Shown: piece after piece, positions 1 through 7,790 of the stretch
How positions within the stretch are numbered: position 1 is the first letter of the stretch
Layout of the letters: each line of letters starts with the position of its first letter
Assembly (NCBI GenBank): GCA_964650845.1
Contig: CAZYXR010000005.1
Location: 1 to 52,456 of the forward strand
DNA length: 52,456 nucleotides
Direction of reading: 5' to 3'
Source of the DNA: an uncultured Chitinophagaceae bacterium
GTDB taxonomy: Bacteria > Bacteroidota > Bacteroidia > Chitinophagales > LD1
The notes under the pieces: model-generated
The model's database searches: none
What the model was told of the DNA's origin: nothing
Seen by the model: the letters and a program-made list of their open reading frames with translations, nothing else
Made by a program: the position numbers and the translations under genes

Positions 1-688
1 TGTGTAAAAGATTTTGAGGGCGCGTGCTTACATCAAAAGTGTTTCCAAAACCGATTTGACCCGTAGGAACGAAACGGGCAATATGAAGTCCATCTCCGTC
101 AAAAGGGGTGCCAAGGTCTCCCGATATAGCGGCATCTGCATCTGCTCCGCCCAAAAAGCGGAAAACCAAATCATCGGGGCCGGCAGTACCTACTCCGTCA
201 TCTGCCCATGATATAACGGTTTCGGTAACATCATCGCTAGCCGCACGTAATCCGATATACGATAAATCGCCATTGCCCGTAAAGGTTATTCCTGTTTTCA
301 TCCAATCGCGGTGTCCAAGCCCGTCAATACCTCCTGCCTGTGCGCTGGTATCTCCGTTTAAATGCAGCAAGCTGAATGCGCCTGTGTTGTAAATAAGCGC
401 GTTGCCCTGCGTAGCAATAGGGGAGTTTTGCCCTATCAGCAAGTAGCCGTTTCTGCTTAAAGATGCTCCATTGTTTACTACGTAGTTTACGGTTTGGTTG
501 AGTTTCATGCGGTTAAGCCCATTTGTTTGGAAGCGAATGGGAAGGTTATTTGTATTGTCTGTCCCTAAAATATTGTTAGTAGTGTTAACACCGTTTACGC
601 CCGTATTGATATTGCCGCCTGCTAACCAATTCTGAGAATACGCTGTAATTGAATACAGCAATGTAATTGTAAAGAATACTTTTTTCAT
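1..688 (-). CDS. secreted hypothetical protein, N-terminal 229 codons only (gene runs off the left edge)
   Basis: It is absent from the ORF track because it has no stop inside the window. I checked every reverse-strand codon from the ATG (688..686) to position 2 and found no stop. The N-terminus MKKVFFTITLLYSITAYSQ looks like a signal peptide. The ATG overlaps the TGA of the upstream gene (ATGA, 685..688). Confidence 0.6.
   Translation of the reverse strand, partial: MKKVFFTITLLYSITAYSQNWLAGGNINTGVNGVNTTNNILGTDNTNNLPIRFQTNGLNRMKLNQTVNYVVNNGASLSRNGYLLIGQNSPIATQGNALIYNTGAFSLLHLNGDTSAQAGGIDGLGHRDWMKTGITFTGNGDLSYIGLRAASDDVTETVISWADDGVGTAGPDDLVFRFLGGADADAAISGDLGTPFDGDGLHIARFVPTGQIGFGNTFDVSTRPQNLLH
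255..292. repeat. copy 1 of a perfect 38-bp direct repeat (ATATACGATAAATCGCCATTGCCCGTAAAGGTTATTCC)
   Basis: It is identical base for base to 2039..2076, with mismatches immediately outside both ends. It lies inside the partial minus-strand CDS, where it encodes GITFTGNGDLSYI. Confidence 0.95.
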
Positions 689-1671
689 TGTTTTAAAATT
701 TTATGAGTGAAAAAATGAATACCCGATTTAATGACAGCAGTATAAACACCACTGCTAAGAGTGTTTGTTGGGATTGTTTTTTTCTTTTCAACGACCCCCG
801 TTTCTCCAAATGCTATTTGCCCAAGCGCATTATATATCTCTACATTGTATTGGCTGATTGAAGAATTATTTGATATAATTAAATAATCAGCAACAGGATT
901 TGGGAATACCTGAAAATTGATAGGCAGATTTTCAGGTATTCCTAATGGATAAGAATATGACCTGCAATACTGTGAATCAGTTGACACACACACATCATCT
1001 AAAAAATAATAATTGTGCGACCCCAAAGGGTCAACAACATTTATAGATACGTGTTGATTATCAAAAAAACCACCAATGACAATTTGCTTATATGCGGAAT
1101 CTGCAACAAAAGAGCCATATATCTGTGTCCAATTTACAGAATCTGAAACTACACTATCAGTATATATGTGCGCATAATTGTCAATAAGGACATCACTATT
1201 GGGTGGAGGGGTGTATGCATCAGAAATAAACTTTGCTCCAATTTTATTATTTGCACCGTAGGAAGTACGTATCCATCCAATGTATGTCCAAGCCACTTTG
1301 AACGAAACATAATAACGCACCCCTATTTGTAATGGTTCTACTAAATCACAACCAACCATTTCATTAGACTTTATTTGCCCCGCAGAGTAAAAAATTAAAC
1401 CTAAATAAGAATTTCCTGATGCGGGTACTTGATAGCCAGCTCCATTACTTGGCGTACTAAAGGAGAATGGATGCTCAGCGGGAATACTCGTACCACAGGC
1501 TGTATAAAAATCAGGAGAAGACCGATATGTTTTCCAATAAACAACATAATTCATTTGATATGCGTCATCAGGACATCCTGTATATTCTTCAAACGAGGGA
1601 TTCGGGACAAGGTTTTGCTGTGCAAACAGAAATTGAACAGAAAGAGAAAGAATAAGAAGTATGTTTTTCAT
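685..1671 (-). CDS. secreted protein with T9SS type A C-terminal sorting domain, function unknown
   Basis: The signal peptide is MKNILLILSLSVQFLFAQ. The C-terminal ~80 aa (FQVFPNPVADYLII...VEIYNALGQ...SGVYTAVIKS) match the Por/T9SS type A CTD pattern. Confidence 0.75.
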   Translation of the reverse strand: MKNILLILSLSVQFLFAQQNLVPNPSFEEYTGCPDDAYQMNYVVYWKTYRSSPDFYTACGTSIPAEHPFSFSTPSNGAGYQVPASGNSYLGLIFYSAGQIKSNEMVGCDLVEPLQIGVRYYVSFKVAWTYIGWIRTSYGANNKIGAKFISDAYTPPPNSDVLIDNYAHIYTDSVVSDSVNWTQIYGSFVADSAYKQIVIGGFFDNQHVSINVVDPLGSHNYYFLDDVCVSTDSQYCRSYSYPLGIPENLPINFQVFPNPVADYLIISNNSSISQYNVEIYNALGQIAFGETGVVEKKKTIPTNTLSSGVYTAVIKSGIHFFTHKILKQ

Positions 1672-1731
1672 TGACTTGTTTTTAGTATCTGATAAAACAC
1701 AAAACGAATATAAAACTATATCTCAGCTATA

Positions 1732-1745
1732 CAACATATCGGTTG
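1732..1745. promoter_or_regulatory. candidate operator half 1, CAACATATCGGTTG (CAAC-N6-GTTG inverted repeat)
   Basis: It lies in the 122-bp divergent region between the T9SS gene and the XRE gene. A near-identical copy sits at 1777..1790. Confidence 0.35.
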
Positions 1746-1776
1746 CAATAATTTATTTTTTCAGTTTGCATACTTG

Positions 1777-1790
1777 CAACATATCTGTTG
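1777..1790. promoter_or_regulatory. candidate operator half 2, CAACATATCTGTTG
   Basis: 13 of 14 bases are identical to 1732..1745. It ends 3 nt before the XRE ATG and overlaps a second palindrome, TTGCA-TACT-TGCAA (1766..1779). Confidence 0.35.
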
Positions 1791-1793
1791 TAA

Positions 1794-2039
1794 ATGTTAA
1801 GCAAAGAGGAATATCTTAAATTTTTTGGGGCGCATATTCGTATGCTGCGGAATAAAAAAGGATATACCCAACAGCATTTAAGCCACCTCATGGATAAAGA
1901 TACACAAAGCCTGCAAAGAGTAGAACGCGGTGTTATTAATCCTTCCATTTTTTACCTATATGAATTAGCTAATGCACTTGAAATAAACCCGAAAGAGTTA
2001 TTGAATTTTGAAACTGAAAAAGCTAAACAACCCAAATAA
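1794..2039 (+). CDS. XRE-family helix-turn-helix transcriptional regulator
   Basis: The 81-aa protein contains GAHIRMLRNKKGYTQQHLSHLMDKDTQSLQRVERGVINPSIFYLYELANAL, a classic Cro/C1-type HTH_3 pattern. Confidence 0.85.
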   Translation: MLSKEEYLKFFGAHIRMLRNKKGYTQQHLSHLMDKDTQSLQRVERGVINPSIFYLYELANALEINPKELLNFETEKAKQPK

Positions 2040-2076
2040 TATACGATAAATCGCCATTGCCCGTAAAGGTTATTCC
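2039..2076. repeat. copy 2 of the perfect 38-bp direct repeat
   Basis: It is identical to 255..292. It starts at the last base of the XRE stop codon and is non-coding here. Confidence 0.95.
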
Positions 2077-2083
2077 CTAGCTG

Positions 2084-2111
2084 TTCGAGATGTTCTTAAA
2101 GGCATCTCGAA
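2084..2111 (+). terminator. hairpin downstream of the XRE gene (9-bp stem TTCGAGATG/CATCTCGAA, 10-nt loop)
   Basis: The inverted repeat is perfect, but no U-tract follows, so its function as a terminator is uncertain. Confidence 0.3.
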
Positions 2112-2249
2112 TATCAATGTATAGACACAAAATTTTGTGTTCACACCAAATAATACACATCATTTTATCCGCTTTAATAAAAAGTGCAATTTCGTGGCGC
2201 ACAAAAACACCTTGTGTATTCATCCGAAAAAAACTTTGATTAAAATTCA

Positions 2250-3779
2250 ATGGCAGATAAACAATATGACATTGTAATAGTAGGCTCCGGCTTGGGAGGC
2301 TTGCTGTGCGCTGCCATTTTAAGCAAAGAAGGGCTGCGTGTGTGTGTGATAGAAAAAAATGAACAGATAGGCGGAAACTTACAAACCTTTCAGCGCGATG
2401 GCGTAACTTTTGATACCGGTGTTCACTATTTGGGCGGTTTAGAAAAAGGGCAAAATCTTTACAAAATATTCCACTACTGCGGCATCATGGCTCGGCTGGA
2501 ACTTGCCTACATGGATAAAGAAGGTTCGGATGTTGTGTTGTTTAAAAATGATGCGACCGAATACCCGTACGGCATGGGCTATACCAATTTTATTCGTGTA
2601 ATGACTGAACTATTTCCAACCGAGGAAACAAACATTAAAAAGTATTGTAGCGATATTCAAAAAATTTGCCGTGCCATTCCAATGTACAATCTCGATGCCA
2701 AAGGTGTGTATCCCGAAGCCGAATTATTTACCCGCAGTGCAAAACAATATTTTGAAAATTTGACAAGCAATGAAAAACTGCGCAGTGTGTTAGCAGGCAC
2801 AAACATGTTGTATGCAGGCGTAGGCAACAAAACACCTTTGTACGTCCATGCACTTGTGGTAAACAGCTACATAGAAAGTGCCATGAAATGCACCGCAGGG
2901 GGCGACCAAATTGCAAAACTACTTGCCAGGGTTATTAAAGAAAATAATGGCGATATTTTCAGAAAGCAAAAAGTAATAAATTTTGTAGTGCAAAATGGCG
3001 AGATAAACCATGTACTGTGCCACAACAACGAAAAAATTTATGGCAAAAAATTCATCTCCAACATTCCACCGGCAACAACGTTGGATATGCTACAAACCGA
3101 CCTCATTAGAAATGCCTATCGCCATCGCATTAAAAGCCTCGAAAACTCCGTTTCGGTTTTTGTTGCATACATAGTGCTGAAGCCCAACACATGGAAATGC
3201 CGCAATCGCAACTACTACTATTCTGCACAAAATGACGTTTGGAATAATACCGAACACACCGATGCAAACTGGCCGCAATGCTACGCAATGTTTGAATGCG
3301 CTCATGGCAAAAACAAAGCCTATGCAGAAGGTTTGGCGGTGATGACCTATATGCGATATGACGAGGTGAGCAAGTGGCAAGAAACCACAAATACCACATT
3401 AGAAGAAAGCGATCGTAGCGAAGAATACCAGCAATTCAAAAGACAGAAAGCCGAACGACTGTTTAATGAAATTGAATTGAAGTTTCCGGGCTTTAAAGAT
3501 TCTGTTCAAGCATATTACACCTCCACACCACTCTCCTACCGCGATTACATAGGCAGTTATGACGGCAACATGTATGGCATTGCAAAAGATTTCAACGACC
3601 CGCTTAAAACAACCATTACTTCAAAAACTAAAATTCCCAACCTATTGCTAACAGGGCAAAACGTAAACTTGCATGGCGTGCTGGGCGTTTCTATAAGTGC
3701 TGTAATTACCTGCTCTATGCTGCTTGGAAAAGAATACCTTGTCAATAAAATTCTTGCTGCTAATGCGCAAACTGATTAA
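2250..3779 (+). CDS. NAD(P)/FAD-dependent oxidoreductase, phytoene desaturase (CrtI-like) family
   Basis: The N-terminal Rossmann motif is YDIVIVGSGLGGLLCAAILSKEGLRVCVIEKNEQIGG. The length (509 aa) and the C-terminal LLLTGQ...HGVLGV motif are typical of the amine-oxidase/CrtI superfamily. Confidence 0.85.
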   Translation: MADKQYDIVIVGSGLGGLLCAAILSKEGLRVCVIEKNEQIGGNLQTFQRDGVTFDTGVHYLGGLEKGQNLYKIFHYCGIMARLELAYMDKEGSDVVLFKNDATEYPYGMGYTNFIRVMTELFPTEETNIKKYCSDIQKICRAIPMYNLDAKGVYPEAELFTRSAKQYFENLTSNEKLRSVLAGTNMLYAGVGNKTPLYVHALVVNSYIESAMKCTAGGDQIAKLLARVIKENNGDIFRKQKVINFVVQNGEINHVLCHNNEKIYGKKFISNIPPATTLDMLQTDLIRNAYRHRIKSLENSVSVFVAYIVLKPNTWKCRNRNYYYSAQNDVWNNTEHTDANWPQCYAMFECAHGKNKAYAEGLAVMTYMRYDEVSKWQETTNTTLEESDRSEEYQQFKRQKAERLFNEIELKFPGFKDSVQAYYTSTPLSYRDYIGSYDGNMYGIAKDFNDPLKTTITSKTKIPNLLLTGQNVNLHGVLGVSISAVITCSMLLGKEYLVNKILAANAQTD

Positions 3780-5439
3780 AGTTACATGTTACGTTTTGGG
3801 GTTTCTTGCACTGCTGTTGTGTGTAGTTTTTGCATACATCCGTTGGGGATTGGCACCGCAAATTCCCGATGTAAAAAACAAAACATCACTAAACCTAAAG
3901 CGCGAAACAATTGCTGCAAACCATTATCGAATTGGCAACAATTGGCTACGCAAAAACGAATACGGCTTGTGGGAAGAATACGTGGAAGGCGAAGCATTTG
4001 AGCGTGGCGTTATTACCGGAAAATTGAACAAAGAATTACTTCACTTACAAGAAGAGTACTTTGTTGAACAAATTGACGAGATAATACCGAGCAAAAGCTA
4101 CCTCACATTTTTGGCATTTGTAACACGCATTTTCAACCGAGAATTAGATCATCATTTTCCCGAAGAAAATAAAAAAGAAATCTATGGCGAATCGTTTTCT
4201 GCGCCCGATGAATTCAATTACATAGCACCTGCCTACGACCGCATGTTGAATTACCATGCAGCACACGATATTGGACATGCTTTGCAAAGTTTAGCGCTGG
4301 TAGGTTGCACATCATTTGGCACGTGGGGCAAGCGTACACAAGACTCTTCCATGCTTATCGGGCGAAATTTAGATTTTAGCTTAGGCGATAAATTTGCCCA
4401 AGACAAGATTGTTTATTTCTGCAAGCCCAATACAGGGCATCGTTTTGCAATTGTTACCTGGGGTGGCTTTATGGGTTGTGTTTCAGGCATGAACGAAAAA
4501 GGCTTAACCGTAACCATCAATGCTGCAAAATCTGATGTACCTACAAAAGCCACCACGCCAATCGCCATCATTGCAAGGCAAATACTTCAATATGCCGAAA
4601 ATATTGACGAAGCATTTGCTATTGCAAAAAAACATCAGTCGTTTGTTTGCGAAACTATCATGATTGGCTCGGCTTCCGATGGCAAAACAGCACTCATAGA
4701 AAAAAGTGTTGCAAAAACAGTGCTGTTGATGCCCGACTCAAACCTTATCATTTGCGCCAATCACTATCAAAGCGATTCATTTAAAAACGACAAGGATAAT
4801 ATTGAAAACATTGCCACTTCATCTTCTATGTATCGCTACAAAAGAATGAATGAATTGATAAGCCATTCACCTGCGCTTTCGCCTGTGCAAGCAGCAGCTA
4901 TTTTGCGCAATCAAAAAGGCATAAACGAAAAGAACATCGGCATGGGCAATGAAAAAGCCATGAATCAACTCATTAGCCATCACGCAGTAATCTTTCAACC
5001 CGAAAAAAGACAGATGTGGGTTTCGGCAAATCCGTATCAACTGGGCGCTTTTGTATGTTATAATCTAAACAAAGTTTTTGCCGAAGCTCCAGGCTTGAAT
5101 ATCAGCAAATCGCTTGCCGAAACCGACTTTACAATTCCGCAAGATTCCTTTTTGCATTCAAAAGATTGGGTAAAATTTCAGCAATTCAAAACCATGCGCA
5201 AGCAAATAAAACAAGCCATTAAAAACAAAGAATCGCTACAAAACGAAAGCACTTTTATAGCTCAATTCACCGCATCAAATCCCGAGTTTTGGGAAACTCA
5301 CTTTTGGATTGGGAAGTATTATCGTATGCAAAACAATTCGCAACAAGCCTCAAGCGCTTTCAAAAAAGCACTCACAAAAGAGATACACGACACTCGTGAA
5401 AAACAGAATATAGAAAAACTGCTTACTGCAAACAATTAG
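3763..5439 (+). CDS. C45-family (Ntn-hydrolase, acyl-CoA:6-APA acyltransferase-like) protein with N-terminal TM helix and TPR-like C-terminus
   Basis: GCTSFG (candidate nucleophile Cys) and LIGRNLDFSLG...VTWGGFMGCVSGMNEKGLTVTINA match the C45/choloylglycine-hydrolase-like pattern. I prefer the ATG at 3763 (MRKLIKV..., TM helix) over the TTG at 3724. The gene overlaps the upstream gene by 17 nt. Confidence 0.65.
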   Translation: MRKLIKVTCYVLGFLALLLCVVFAYIRWGLAPQIPDVKNKTSLNLKRETIAANHYRIGNNWLRKNEYGLWEEYVEGEAFERGVITGKLNKELLHLQEEYFVEQIDEIIPSKSYLTFLAFVTRIFNRELDHHFPEENKKEIYGESFSAPDEFNYIAPAYDRMLNYHAAHDIGHALQSLALVGCTSFGTWGKRTQDSSMLIGRNLDFSLGDKFAQDKIVYFCKPNTGHRFAIVTWGGFMGCVSGMNEKGLTVTINAAKSDVPTKATTPIAIIARQILQYAENIDEAFAIAKKHQSFVCETIMIGSASDGKTALIEKSVAKTVLLMPDSNLIICANHYQSDSFKNDKDNIENIATSSSMYRYKRMNELISHSPALSPVQAAAILRNQKGINEKNIGMGNEKAMNQLISHHAVIFQPEKRQMWVSANPYQLGAFVCYNLNKVFAEAPGLNISKSLAETDFTIPQDSFLHSKDWVKFQQFKTMRKQIKQAIKNKESLQNESTFIAQFTASNPEFWETHFWIGKYYRMQNNSQQASSAFKKALTKEIHDTREKQNIEKLLTANN

Positions 5440-7682
5440 TGTTTTACCAACACGCGCTTTACTTCTGTAAAGCCTTCGCTTTTTACTTGCAAAAGATACA
5501 TTCCTGCGGCTACACCTTCCACCTCAATTGGCAACACCAATTGCGCAGCAGTGCCGGTAAACACCTGTTGTACTTCCTGCCCAAAAACATTCACCAATGC
5601 TACCGTTACAGCAGTTGGCTTATCGAACGAAACAGCAGCAGTAAACAAAGTACTTGCCGGGTTTGGAAACACATTCAACTCTTTCAATACCGCAACTTCA
5701 CCTACAGCAGACGGCACAAAAATATTAGGATTGCCAACTATGAAACGCTGCGAAATTTGCGTACCAAAATCGGGCTCGAAGGTTTTGAAATTCGCATTGG
5801 ATGGATATCTTGTAAAACGCGCATAACCCGTGCCGGAGGTAGATTGATTGGCAAAAAAACTTAAGCCGTCTTTACCGGCATCATTCAACTCAAACTGGTA
5901 GCATCCAGTGGCCAGCACAAATGTTTCTGTATAAACTTTGTTTGCGGCAAGTGTGCCATTTTCATACCACAAATTGCCTTCATCGTCATGTAGATTCCAA
6001 GTGTTTTCGGTAAAATCGTTATTCGTTTTTAATACAAAATTAAATACGCTGTCGTAACGCGGCACAACATCGGCAAGCACGCGCAAAGTATCGTTCCATC
6101 TGTACTCGTCTGCTGCACCATTGGCTTTTGCAATCCACACTTTAAAAACCAAATGCGATGAATCGCTGATTACCCGATAAGGCAACGAAACAGTTTCTGT
6201 TCTATCAAAAGCCAAGTTGCCCGTCCAATCGTGAAAGAATAATTCTTTACCCTCCATGCCATAGTAAATGCGAGCACTTGTAAGTGCCTGCGAACCATTG
6301 TTTTTGATAACAACTTTAGGATTTGCACAAATAGGGTTAAATCGTTTATACGCATCGTGTTTATTGGGCGCAATAACATCTTCAACTGAAGCATCTAAGC
6401 CAAAATTATTTGCACCATAAGTAACCACCTGCGACTGAATTGTGTAAATAGGATTAAAGCCCGCTGGATCTAAATCTTCATAGGCTTCGGGAACAACTTG
6501 CAACAACAAATTACTGCCGCTCAAAACCGGAGTTAATTCAAATTCATGCGTTAAACCTTTATCGCCAGGGCACCAGTTTGCTCTATCCAAAAGCCAAGTG
6601 CCACTTTGGTGCCACAAAGGATTCATACCGCAATCATCGCGCCAAACATTTTGTGTGGCAACTATTGAGTTGTTCGCCATCACGTCATAAGTTTTATTAC
6701 AAAACTCTGCGCAGTTGTCGGTGTTATCGGTTCCAAAACCGTGCCCTGTGGCGGCATAGCGAAACTTAGCTTGAGTTTCTGCCGCGCTTAAAGCAAAACT
6801 CTTTTGCACAAGTTGATTTTCTAATGGATTTGTGGCACTACCATACCCAAAATCGCCATTGTAAACATTGCGTACTGTTTTTACTTCGCGAGCGGGCGTG
6901 CCTTCCACCAAATCAAAATCGAGCGTAACTGTAAAGCCACTGCTCCAACCATTATAAAATGCGCGAAGCAACACAGTATCGTGTAGCAAAGGCGCAAAAT
7001 CGGTTACATCAAACCGAAAAGTATTTGTCCAAGATTTATTGTAGTAACCACCATAAGGTGTAATTACCCGTGCCAACTCGTAACGTTCCAGCACATCAAA
7101 TTTTTCATACACGCTCGTTTTGTACACAACTTTGGTATCTGTGGCTTGCACAAAAAACGAATCAGTTTTTGCTCCTGTAGAATCAAATATGTAGTTGTAA
7201 TAATTTGCCTGCCATGTATAAAATGAATCTGTTTGAAAATATGGTTGCGTTGTATCAGAAAACAATCGCACAAACGAAGAATCGGCAGGTATGGTGTCTG
7301 TAGTTTTTGCGCTTGAATTAAAAACAGTTTTCACTGTTGGCAAATTGCTGTAAACAAATGTATCTACTGCATTATTGTTCACCGTAAAGTTTGGAACAAG
7401 TTTAAGTGTAGAATCAATTGCTCCGGTTTTTTTCATTAAAAAAATCTGTGTGGTGTAATCCCACTGCGAGCAGCCAGTAGTAGGGCAGCCCAAAGTATAA
7501 TGCATGATTATTTTGTTATACTTTTTTGTAGCCGAAGGAAAAACAGCAACTGTATCATAATTGCCATACCATGTCATTGCCTTCTTATCATGTGCCTTTA
7601 CTTTTATTGTATCGCCCGTAGCAGCACACAGCGAAAAAGACCAAACAAACAGAATAAGAACTGAAGCAAATGCGTTTTTCAT
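5436..7682 (-). CDS. PNGase F-like (peptide-N-glycosidase F-related) multidomain protein with T9SS type A CTD
   Basis: The blocks GCPTTGCSQWDY, RVITPYGG...FRFDVTDFAPLL...DFDLVEGTP, CAEFCNKT and DRANWCPGDKG resemble the two PNGase F beta-sandwich domains as I remember them. The C-terminus LNVFPNPAS...GMYLLQVKS is a T9SS CTD. The start is taken at MKNAFASVLILF (signal peptide). Confidence 0.7.
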   Translation of the reverse strand: MKNAFASVLILFVWSFSLCAATGDTIKVKAHDKKAMTWYGNYDTVAVFPSATKKYNKIIMHYTLGCPTTGCSQWDYTTQIFLMKKTGAIDSTLKLVPNFTVNNNAVDTFVYSNLPTVKTVFNSSAKTTDTIPADSSFVRLFSDTTQPYFQTDSFYTWQANYYNYIFDSTGAKTDSFFVQATDTKVVYKTSVYEKFDVLERYELARVITPYGGYYNKSWTNTFRFDVTDFAPLLHDTVLLRAFYNGWSSGFTVTLDFDLVEGTPAREVKTVRNVYNGDFGYGSATNPLENQLVQKSFALSAAETQAKFRYAATGHGFGTDNTDNCAEFCNKTYDVMANNSIVATQNVWRDDCGMNPLWHQSGTWLLDRANWCPGDKGLTHEFELTPVLSGSNLLLQVVPEAYEDLDPAGFNPIYTIQSQVVTYGANNFGLDASVEDVIAPNKHDAYKRFNPICANPKVVIKNNGSQALTSARIYYGMEGKELFFHDWTGNLAFDRTETVSLPYRVISDSSHLVFKVWIAKANGAADEYRWNDTLRVLADVVPRYDSVFNFVLKTNNDFTENTWNLHDDEGNLWYENGTLAANKVYTETFVLATGCYQFELNDAGKDGLSFFANQSTSGTGYARFTRYPSNANFKTFEPDFGTQISQRFIVGNPNIFVPSAVGEVAVLKELNVFPNPASTLFTAAVSFDKPTAVTVALVNVFGQEVQQVFTGTAAQLVLPIEVEGVAAGMYLLQVKSEGFTEVKRVLVKH

Positions 7683-7790
7683 TTTGCAAAGAAAGTGTTT
7701 CAATGCCAAAAGTGCCAAACACTACAGGTTCATACAATAGCTGCAAAATGCTATTGCATTCACTTTGAGAGCATTACTCAAAAAAATCCA

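Noticed and set aside
14-392. Plus-strand ORFs 14..211 and 108..392 from the track
   Set aside because: They lie antisense to a 229-codon open minus-strand frame that has a clean signal peptide and an ATGA coupling to the upstream gene. Their translations are Pro/Ser/Arg-rich and low in complexity.
2090-2239. 49-codon ORF (MFLKASRISMYRHKILCSHQ...) in the spacer upstream of the oxidoreductase gene
   Set aside because: It has no motif and a basic/hydrophobic junk-like composition. It starts inside a hairpin and spans a palindrome, so the region looks regulatory rather than coding.
7683-7718. N-terminal extensions in track ORFs (for example MALLALKHFLCK before MKNAFASV; also 16761..16784, 37213..37230, 44456..44476, 45121..45240, 47309..47332, 48102..48146, 20617..20640, 3724..3762, 31728..31772)
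   Set aside because: The downstream Met gives a canonical signal peptide, TM helix or family-typical N-terminus. In several cases the extension overlaps a promoter box, a terminator hairpin or the upstream gene.
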